Shown here: piece after piece, positions 56,373-64,000 of the stretch
Position numbering within the stretch: the first letter of the stretch is position 1
Layout of the letters: each line of letters starts with the position of its first letter
From: an uncultured Methanoregulaceae archaeon
Lineage (GTDB): Archaea > Halobacteriota > Methanomicrobia > Methanomicrobiales > Methanospirillaceae
DNA length: 64,000 bases
Direction of reading: 5' to 3'
Assembly (NCBI GenBank): GCA_963737635.1
Contig: CAVTTL010000001.1
Coordinates: 512,001-576,000 of the forward strand
Translations under genes and position numbers: made by a program
The notes under the pieces: generated by a model
Told to the model about the DNA's origin: nothing
Databases searched by the model: none
Seen by the model: the letters and a program-made list of their open reading frames with translations, nothing else

Positions 56373-56558
56373 ATGGTTGACATTTCAAGCTATTCCCTTA
56401 TCGGCGTCACCTGTCTCTGCTTCGGCCTTATTGTAAGTTTCCAGATCGCTCATATCAAGTATTGCCGAAAGCTGACGATCCTCGTCCGGCGCTCCATCTC
56501 TACAAAAACAATTGCCCCAGTACTTGCTGAATATGAAGCAAAAAAGGCAAAAAAATAG
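56373..56558 (+). CDS. Small single-TM protein (paralog of the previous gene)
   Basis: TM helix followed by FQ..KYCRKLTIL...PVLAEYE; GGTGG RBS upstream. Confidence 0.6.
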   Translation: MVDISSYSLIGVTCLCFGLIVSFQIAHIKYCRKLTILVRRSISTKTIAPVLAEYEAKKAKK

Positions 56559-56635
56559 CACAAGTCTCTTTTTTCACCCTTCAGTATAGGAAAAGGAAAG
56601 CTGGTTAATACAATCACAACCCAATTTAGTAAGAC

Positions 56636-57424
56636 ATGCGGTGTACGATACTCGCGAGCGGGAGCAAAGGCAACTGCACGTATATCGCAGGTGATAACGG
56701 TGCTATCCTTATTGATGCGGGCTTAAGTGCAAAAGAGACCCTGTCCCGGATGCAGCAGAACGGATGTGCTGCCGATGTAATTGAAGCGATCATCGTGACC
56801 CATGAGCATACGGATCATATCAAGGGACTGGACGTACTTGCACGAAAGCTTGCCTGCCCCCTCTATGCCACCGGTGGCACGCTTGCAGATTTTTTTAATT
56901 GCAGGCGTACTTCAAATAAACCGATTCCGGCACACGCATGCAGGTATAACAATTCTTTCATTGCTGGAGGATTTTCGATCTTGCCGTTTGCGACTTCCCA
57001 TGATGCGGCGGAACCATGTGGATTTGTCGTAAAGGAGAAGGGGCACATGCTCGGGTACTGCACCGACACAGGTATAATCACCCTGCACATGCTCGATCTG
57101 CTCCGGCACTGTGATGCGGTTATTCTTGAAAGTAACCATTGCCCTGAGATGCTCGCACACGGGCCTTATCCCGAGTCACTGAAACGGCGGATACGCTCGG
57201 CCCGGGGACATCTTTCAAATCAGGCTGCCGCTGCAGCGCTTCAGTCTTGGGGAAAAGACGTATCTCAGATTATACTCTCCCACCTGAGCGAGATCAATAA
57301 TACACCTGAGCGAGCCCGGGCAAGTGCACGCGATGGGATGGGGCTCTTTTTTGATGAGAAAAACCTGATCGTGGCGACGCAGGGGGGTTCGTCCCCGGCG
57401 TTACCTCAGGAAATTCGGTTATAA
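56636..57424 (+). CDS. MBL-fold metallo-hydrolase, YycJ/WalJ-like
   Basis: LASGSKGN, THEHTDH, SHDA, TDTG, ESNH, GHLSN and HLSEINN motifs. Confidence 0.9.
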   Translation: MRCTILASGSKGNCTYIAGDNGAILIDAGLSAKETLSRMQQNGCAADVIEAIIVTHEHTDHIKGLDVLARKLACPLYATGGTLADFFNCRRTSNKPIPAHACRYNNSFIAGGFSILPFATSHDAAEPCGFVVKEKGHMLGYCTDTGIITLHMLDLLRHCDAVILESNHCPEMLAHGPYPESLKRRIRSARGHLSNQAAAAALQSWGKDVSQIILSHLSEINNTPERARASARDGMGLFFDEKNLIVATQGGSSPALPQEIRL

Positions 57425-58505
57425 TCTTTTATGATCTGATGCCTGTGCAATAGACTCCTCAAGTTCCTTGAACCCATACGGTTTGATGAGGGCGGCGGCA
57501 AATCCACTGGTCGCAAAACTGATCAGCAGGGGATGAGTGGCATATCCACTCGAAATAATTGCCCGCACCTCGGGATCAATCTCCCGGAGCAGGGGCAGGG
57601 CTTCCTCTGCACCGATCCCACCCGGCACGGTAATATCGAGAATAACGGCATCAAACGGTAGCGCCTCGGATTGTGCTTTTCTGTAAAACTCGATTGCTTC
57701 ATCTCCACTTTTGGCAGTGGTAACTTTATGACCCAGAAACGAGAGCATATCGCTTGTGGCCGAGAGGATTGCATCCTCGTCATCCATCAGGAGGATCCGG
57801 CATCCCGTCGCGGCGGTACCTTCCTTTCGATTGGCGGTTCTGTGCGGGGCCATTTTCGGGACCTGAACCTCTTGAATTGCACCGGCTATTTTCTCAGGGC
57901 CTTCTGATCTCATAAGCAGTCTGATGGGACTGATCTCGGGCTCGCAGCACACTTTTCTCGGCGTCATCCAAGCGCCGGCAGAAGTCTTCTTCATAAAGAG
58001 ATGACCGACGTGCCAGTTGGATATTGGCAAGCGCTGAGTCAGCGAGTTATTAATGTCGTGGGCAACCTTTCGTTCCTCCGGGCCTGAGTAGATCCTTTTC
58101 CTGCCATCGGATCCCCTGTTTCCTTGTTCAAGAGAGTGCCGGTAAACCGCTGCCTCAACTACCTGCTTGAACAGCTCGGTGGCCAAACGGTTGGACCAGA
58201 AAACCGTAAGGAAGATCTGAGTTATGGCTCATGATCGGGAGATCATTATCAGTATCAGCGACAAAGACAACCGGAATGCCTCCATCTGTCTGTATTCTCT
58301 CTAACGCCTCAGTTATTTCTCCGATCCCGCCAAGATGCGTTTCCATCAGCACAAGATTTGGGTGCCGGGACTCAGCCAGTGCAATGGACTCATTTACTGA
58401 ATACGCCTGTGCCACTGCCTGGTATCCAGCAGATTCTACCCGGGCCGCAAGCTCATCGGAAACTGCCGCTTCACGTGCGGCGATAAGAACCTTCACCCTT
58501 GTCAT
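57419..58505 (-). CDS. Response regulator with an N-terminal degenerate and a C-terminal intact receiver domain (frameshift near 58180)
   Basis: N-terminal REC-like domain (PNLVLME, PYGFLVQPF) and C-terminal REC (LMDDE, ILDIT, SSGY, KPY). Confidence 0.75.
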
Positions 58506-58575
58506 CAAGAATCCTCCTGAAATCCTTTACAACCTTTTCTGTCCTTAAGTGCACCCGATATTGTCGATTGTGCCA

Positions 58576-59766
58576 TTATAACGCCTCAATTTTAAGTAGT
58601 TTCACACAGTACTGGTCGATGGCATCGAAGATTGCCTTTTTTGACCGTTTGACTTTTCGTGCATCCTCAGAATAAAAATCGTGCGCTACATACTCAAGCA
58701 GAGTTACAAAAAAGTGTTGAGGTCCGAAGCGTTTTTTGATCTCATCCATGCATGCAGCCGCATCGGCCTGTTTACCGCTCGTTACCTCAAATGAATAGTC
58801 CAACAGGAGAAGCGCCTGGAGCGGAACGTTTTTTCCTGCGGCGAGTTTCCTGAACCGGAAATACGTATCTATGCGGCTGGTGATAATCGAGAGTTTGAGA
58901 CCATAGTAGACCGGCTCGATCTCATCAGGATATTGCTGGGTCATCTGCTTGACGACCCCGGCAACGCCGGCGTCCCGGTTCTCGAGCTTAAGTTTGTAGA
59001 GCTCGCGCAGGAAGAACATATCATTATAGAACCGCTCGATTGCGATATTGAGAAGTTCTTCTTTAAGGTCGCGTCTTCCATCACGCGATGCTTTTTCGAT
59101 CCCGATGCGGAGGAACTCCCGCTCACTGGGGAACCAGTCGATCGCCTGCTTGATCATGAACCAGAAGATCTTGTTAATCCTTGGATCCTCGGCGATCTCA
59201 AGATCCTGAAGCCGGTTTATCGGCGGGTTGAGCCGGACAAGCTCGATCATCTGTTCCCGTGCGGCAAGCGACATATCTTTGAGACGCTGGTGCTCACCAC
59301 TTCTCTCGACGGGAGTCTGCTGTGTGGATAAGACGAAATAACAGTACGCAATCGCGGGGCAGATAATGACATCCACAGACCGGTACTTCCTGAGCTGCTC
59401 AGCACCTTCTGCATATTTCCCGGTGTTGATCATCTTCATGCCAAGGAGAATATCGTAAACTGCACGGTTACGGTTCCCGCGCTTGTTGCGCATAGCATAA
59501 TCAAAGAGTTTCTCGACAAAAGGGATGTCTTCTGACCGTTTCGATGCATCAAGAACGGCAAAAGCCATCGCATCTATGAATTGGTCAAAGAGCTCATCGC
59601 TTATTCCAGCGAGAGATTTATCAAGGGATGCGATAACCTGGCCGAAAAAAACCGGGAGATTAGCATCTATTTTTTCACTGTTGACACTTATATAATCGAC
59701 AAATTCCTTTTTAAGACGTTCCAGTCTCTGCCGGACAACGGCTTCGGGCTGCCATTCGTCACCCAT
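58576..59766 (-). CDS. Hypothetical alpha-helical (TPR-like) protein
   Basis: 396-aa intact ORF with no recognisable catalytic motif. Confidence 0.75.
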   Translation of the reverse strand: MGDEWQPEAVVRQRLERLKKEFVDYISVNSEKIDANLPVFFGQVIASLDKSLAGISDELFDQFIDAMAFAVLDASKRSEDIPFVEKLFDYAMRNKRGNRNRAVYDILLGMKMINTGKYAEGAEQLRKYRSVDVIICPAIAYCYFVLSTQQTPVERSGEHQRLKDMSLAAREQMIELVRLNPPINRLQDLEIAEDPRINKIFWFMIKQAIDWFPSEREFLRIGIEKASRDGRRDLKEELLNIAIERFYNDMFFLRELYKLKLENRDAGVAGVVKQMTQQYPDEIEPVYYGLKLSIITSRIDTYFRFRKLAAGKNVPLQALLLLDYSFEVTSGKQADAAACMDEIKKRFGPQHFFVTLLEYVAHDFYSEDARKVKRSKKAIFDAIDQYCVKLLKIEAL

Positions 59767-59927
59767 AAGAATATTTCACTATCTCCTTTGTATGAATTAT
59801 CGACAGGAAATTAAAAATACTTTTACATTTGCAACGGAGCGCAAAAAAAAGGTATTCGTGATTCACACGATGCAAAATACAGTAAAATGTTAATGCTCAG
59901 GTCGCTAACGCACACAACAGATACCAT

Positions 59928-61580
59928 ATGCTATTCTCAGAATTCTCACGGTGCTGCGAAGAGATCGAGCATCTCACCGGCCGCCTTGAAATAACCGATG
60001 TGATCAGCAAGGTGCTGCCGGGGCTATCATCCGGGGAACTCCCGGTTTTTGTCCGGTTCATTATGGGGAGGATCTTTCCCGATTGGAGTGCCCAGAAACT
60101 CGGCATCGGCCCGAACCTTCTTTATGAGTCTATAGGATATGTCGCCGGTATACAGAAAGACCGTGTAATTGAGAGGATCAATAAACAAGGAGACGTCGGA
60201 AAAGCAGTTGAAGAGCTTCTGTCGAAAAAGTCACAGATATCGTTATCCTCCCAAGATCTCGACATTGTCGACGTTTATAATAAGCTCATCGCTATAGCGG
60301 CCCGGGGCGGGGCCACCTCCCAGAAAGAGAAAGTGCGTATGGTAAAACAGCTGCTCGGAGATGCCAGCCCTCTTGAAGGACGGTACCTCACCAGGATCAT
60401 GCTTGAAGAGCTCCGTATAGGTGTAGGTGAAGGGACCGTCCGTGATGCAATTGCAAAGGCTTTCTCTGTCAAGCCGGCGCTTGTCGACCACGCAATGCAG
60501 GCTATTAATGATCTGGGTGAAGTAGCACGGCTCGCGAAATTGGGGCCAGCAGCCCTTCAAGATGTTCACATCACGCTTTTCCATCCGGTGCGGATGATGC
60601 TCGCCCAGCAGGGCACCATTGCCGGAATGGTGGAAGATCATGGAGATGTGGCAGCGGAGTTCAAATACGACGGATCGAGGTTCCAGTTTCACAAGGAAGG
60701 TGGGAGGGCCATGATGTACTCGCGCCGGCTTGAAGATGTAAGTGCAGCCCTTCCCGATGTGATTGCTCTCCTGCAATCTGCAACAACCCACGATCTGATC
60801 CTTGACGGGGAAGTAATTGCAATTAAAGATGGCAAGCCTATGCCGTTCCAGTCTGTTTTAAGGAGATTCCGGCGCAGGCATAATGTGGCAGGAGCGCAGG
60901 AGGAGATCAGGATGGAGCCTATTGTTTTCGATATTCTTTATCTTGATGGCAGGACCCTGATCGATCTTCCATTCATTGAACGGCGTAAGATCCTTATGGA
61001 GGTAGTAACGCAATATCTTGCACCGCAGGTGGTAAGTGCAAATACGCAGGTCATCGAACAAACATATCATGAGGCACTTGCCGCTGGGCACGAGGGAATT
61101 ATGCTCAAGGTGCCAGGTTCGCCTTATACCCCGGGCCAGCGGGGAAAGAACTGGATTAAGATCAAGCCGGAAGTGGACACGCTCGACCTCGCTGTCATAG
61201 GCGCGGAATGGGGTGAGGGGAAACGTGCACATGTATTTGGCTCGTTTTTAGTCGCCTGTCAGGACCAGGGAAAACTTATCCCGCTGTCCCGGGTGGCGAC
61301 TGGCTTCTCCGATGAGCAGCTCGGAGAGGTTTACGATCTTCTTAAGGATACCATCATCTCTAGCGCGGGAAAAGAGGTGCGCTTCGAGCCGGGACTGGTC
61401 TTTGAAGTCGGGTATGCGGAACTTCAGGTCAGCCCCACCTACGAGGCAGGATTTGCCCTCAGATTCCCCCGGTTCATACGAATCAGGGACGACAAAGACA
61501 CGACCGAAGTTGAAACTCTTGAAAGCTTGAAAGATCGGTACCGCCTTCAATCGAAATCAGCACAGGCTTATACGGGATAA
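59928..61580 (+). CDS. lig: ATP-dependent DNA ligase
   Basis: EFKYDGSR (motif I), LDGE, FDILY, EGIMLK, WIKIK and LRFPRF motifs. Confidence 0.97.
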   Translation: MLFSEFSRCCEEIEHLTGRLEITDVISKVLPGLSSGELPVFVRFIMGRIFPDWSAQKLGIGPNLLYESIGYVAGIQKDRVIERINKQGDVGKAVEELLSKKSQISLSSQDLDIVDVYNKLIAIAARGGATSQKEKVRMVKQLLGDASPLEGRYLTRIMLEELRIGVGEGTVRDAIAKAFSVKPALVDHAMQAINDLGEVARLAKLGPAALQDVHITLFHPVRMMLAQQGTIAGMVEDHGDVAAEFKYDGSRFQFHKEGGRAMMYSRRLEDVSAALPDVIALLQSATTHDLILDGEVIAIKDGKPMPFQSVLRRFRRRHNVAGAQEEIRMEPIVFDILYLDGRTLIDLPFIERRKILMEVVTQYLAPQVVSANTQVIEQTYHEALAAGHEGIMLKVPGSPYTPGQRGKNWIKIKPEVDTLDLAVIGAEWGEGKRAHVFGSFLVACQDQGKLIPLSRVATGFSDEQLGEVYDLLKDTIISSAGKEVRFEPGLVFEVGYAELQVSPTYEAGFALRFPRFIRIRDDKDTTEVETLESLKDRYRLQSKSAQAYTG

Positions 61581-61584
61581 TTGA

Positions 61585-62727
61585 TCAGAACGAGAAAAGT
61601 CGACGCTGGGTGCGCATCTCAGGGATGAGCTTGCTGTGTTGCTGCCAATAGTCAAACCCAATTCTCTCGGAGGCGGAAGTCACAGCAGCATCCAGTGATT
61701 CACTTATGACCGGGGGAGTGGCCATAGCCTTCCTTGCTGCCTCCCGTATCACCCAGGTCCCGAGTGGCGCCCAGTACGCCCCGGACACATGGCGCAACAC
61801 GACAACCCGGGCTGATCTCCGGATACATGCAAGGTATTCACACACCGCAAGCCGGGCTGAATAGTATGCACCGGCAATGGGGGAATATCCTTGTTTTTTT
61901 ATCCCCTCGCTATCCTGCACAATTGCTTCCGTATTACCGGCCCAGAGTGTCTGTTTCCCCCAGATCTCGATCATCTCATATTTCCAATCACCCGGGACAA
62001 GGATGCAGACAATACGATTTGCAAAAATTTCCCCGGTAAAAACCCGGTATTCTTCGATGGGTGGGAATCGTGCGATCTCTTTTTTTAATGCTGTGGAGAC
62101 CGTATCATCGACCGCTGTGATAGCCCAGCGGGTGGGGACAAAGCGCCTGTATCGACCCAAGAGACCTGAAGCCATGAGTTTTGTGATATCGTAGACGTCA
62201 GTTCCCTCGCGGGACAGTTCAATGCAGGCTTCATTCGCCCCGAGATCAGTATCCGAGGTGACCCTGTCAACGAGACGTTCGACGCGGGCACTGCCAACTA
62301 CATCGAGCCGCCGGACCTCTCCAGAAAACCCCACCGGCGCCACTGTCCCATCAAAAGTCATCCCGAACGAGACCGGGCGTGAAAATACAACGTCTACATC
62401 AAGCGGTTTTGATGAGAGGGCAATCTCATGCAGGCCACCGGTGAATTGCCGTACCGGGGATTTTCCACGGATAGTCTGAGCACGAATGGCCACAATGTCA
62501 TCGATCCCAAGATTTCGATTCAGCCAATCCGGAGGATGATCGCTATCCTCGATAAGCAGCGGGCCACCCTGAACATCCGGATACCCGAAGCTGCCGATAA
62601 AGACCGACGGGGCGCTACCCTGATAACTGGCAAGGGGTTTAATCTTTACCTGAGCGAGGAACCTGCTGGTGACAGGACACTGCGGTAGACCGCACATCCC
62701 TTTTCCCTTGCACCGGATACACTGCAT
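61585..62727 (-). CDS. nreA: Nre-family DNA repair protein with a C-terminal PCNA-interacting motif
   Basis: CIRCKGKGMCG..CP, PSVFIG, VPTRWAITAVD, GAYYSARL, PLGTWVIRE and a terminal QRRLFSF PIP box. Confidence 0.9.
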   Translation of the reverse strand: MQCIRCKGKGMCGLPQCPVTSRFLAQVKIKPLASYQGSAPSVFIGSFGYPDVQGGPLLIEDSDHPPDWLNRNLGIDDIVAIRAQTIRGKSPVRQFTGGLHEIALSSKPLDVDVVFSRPVSFGMTFDGTVAPVGFSGEVRRLDVVGSARVERLVDRVTSDTDLGANEACIELSREGTDVYDITKLMASGLLGRYRRFVPTRWAITAVDDTVSTALKKEIARFPPIEEYRVFTGEIFANRIVCILVPGDWKYEMIEIWGKQTLWAGNTEAIVQDSEGIKKQGYSPIAGAYYSARLAVCEYLACIRRSARVVVLRHVSGAYWAPLGTWVIREAARKAMATPPVISESLDAAVTSASERIGFDYWQQHSKLIPEMRTQRRLFSF

Positions 62728-62744
62728 CTAACCTCCCTTAACCC

Positions 62745-63023
62745 TTAACGCTGGATACCCGTCGCCCTGAAAACACCGTTCTTCTCATCGCAGAACGAGA
62801 TCCTCCATCCCACATCGAATCTTGCCCCGCACTCAGGACAGATAAGGATCACCCGGTAGAGATTCCCGGTAGATTTCACCGGACTATCCTTTCCTTCTTT
62901 CGTGGCATTGATGCTGACATAGGAGATATGAAACCCGTACTCATACCCGCACGACAGGCAGACATGCAGTTCCTCCCCCGGCTTTATTGATTTGATCTCC
63001 TCAGAAATTCCCATACTCTTCAC
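62745..63023 (-). CDS. Small zinc-ribbon protein
   Basis: CLSCGY..GFH...LICPECGARFDVGW. Confidence 0.75.
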   Translation of the reverse strand: MKSMGISEEIKSIKPGEELHVCLSCGYEYGFHISYVSINATKEGKDSPVKSTGNLYRVILICPECGARFDVGWRISFCDEKNGVFRATGIQR

Positions 63024-64000
63024 CGCTCGCCTTGTTTAGGGAATGTATCTTTACCCTCTTCTTTGGCCGTACCGCGGGCAATCGATTCAATGATCGCGGC
63101 GGCATTCTTTCTCCCATTCACTGTTGCGAGATCACTGCCGGAAATTTGTGGGACAAGCGCAAGTGTTTCTGCAATTTTCTGTTCGAGAATCTCCGCCGTA
63201 GCGGTCCGGCCGTCAACAACAGTTCCTGCACCTATATCAACGATTTTTTTTGCATTGTTTTGTTGCTCGGGGTGACCTGGATCCATGATGATGAGGACCG
63301 GTTTGGTAAAGAGTAATGCTTCATGCAAGGTAGTCAGCCCCCCATGCACTATGGCAATCCGTGCTTCAGCAAGATGCTCATAAAGATTAGGCACGTATCC
63401 ATGGGAAAGGTAATTATCTGAAGATTCCGGAAGAATGGCGCCGGTATAGAATACGTCAAAAACCAGATCCTTTCTTTTGTCGGCGATTGTCCTGAGCAAC
63501 GTGTAGAGCGGAAGCTTGTAGGGTTCGCCACCAAAACTGGTAAAGATTGTTTTTTGCCCGAAGTGATACCGGGAGGGATCCACCTCCAGAAACGGTCCGG
63601 TAAAATGATAGTGGTTTCTTTCCCGTTCAGGGATGAAAAGGTTATATTCGCTTACAGTCAGGGGGGCGGGGTAATCGGGTATGATAACTGTATCGGCGAG
63701 CTTAAGGTACCTCCGGATCAAAACGTTGAGGATACTCCAGACCGGGTTCTTTTTACCTCCTGGTCCACTGAACCGATTCTGATTGGTAATAAAGACAACC
63801 GGAACCTTCTGGAGACGTGCCGCAACAACCCCTCCATACATCGTATCGCAAACCACACAGTCAATCTGGAGGTCCCGGATCAGCCGCCGGACACGAAGCC
63901 CGGATCGGATCATATTAAATGTAATCCATCGCGAACACCAGAGGGTTTTTTTCAGGGAGAAAAAACCGTTCTCCCCTTCGAGGCATACTTCACGCTTGCC
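63020..64000 (-). CDS. MurG-like (GT28/MJ1255-type) glycosyltransferase; 5' end lies beyond the window
   Basis: VFITNQ, IPDYP, FTGP, VHGGLTTLHEA and HPEQQNNA motifs. Confidence 0.85.
   Translation of the reverse strand, partial: GKREVCLEGENGFFSLKKTLWCSRWITFNMIRSGLRVRRLIRDLQIDCVVCDTMYGGVVAARLQKVPVVFITNQNRFSGPGGKKNPVWSILNVLIRRYLKLADTVIIPDYPAPLTVSEYNLFIPERERNHYHFTGPFLEVDPSRYHFGQKTIFTSFGGEPYKLPLYTLLRTIADKRKDLVFDVFYTGAILPESSDNYLSHGYVPNLYEHLAEARIAIVHGGLTTLHEALLFTKPVLIIMDPGHPEQQNNAKKIVDIGAGTVVDGRTATAEILEQKIAETLALVPQISGSDLATVNGRKNAAAIIESIARGTAKEEGKDTFPKQGER

Overview
Chromosomal window from a methanogenic archaeon, most consistent with Methanomicrobiales (Methanoregula-like). Support: SepCysS, ycaO-tfuA, AqpM-DUF2180-DUF2193, an FmdE-like gene, NreA, split GMP synthase and GGTGA ribosome-binding sites. 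The first ~34 kb is rich in sulfur genes: thiE/thiM, a PAPS-reductase-fold/cysteine-desulfurase fusion, thiI, metX-CBS, metY, pscS, cysS, cysK, cysE-DUF59 and ycaO/tfuA. A rhodanese, an MBL-rhodanese and a MOT1-type transporter follow later. The most notable structure is a cysteine-coding locus with three tRNA-Cys(GCA) genes. A canonical G37/U73 tRNA sits 14 nt upstream of pscS, and a degenerate copy lies just upstream of it. A divergent A37 tRNA with an apparent G73 sits 21 nt upstream of a CysRS whose zinc-ligand Cys is replaced by Asp. These units, cysK and a small wHTH regulator share a palindrome TCACAATTGTGA near their promoters, suggesting a local cysteine regulon. Other oddities: a cytochrome b561-like four-His membrane protein, a TPR + BrxD-like ATPase pair, 18-bp-period palindrome arrays and a bacterial-type GAPDH. 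About 20 single-base frameshifts, including in housekeeping genes, point to uncorrected long-read indels, so single-nucleotide claims need read-level confirmation. No CRISPR array, rRNA or intact transposase was seen.
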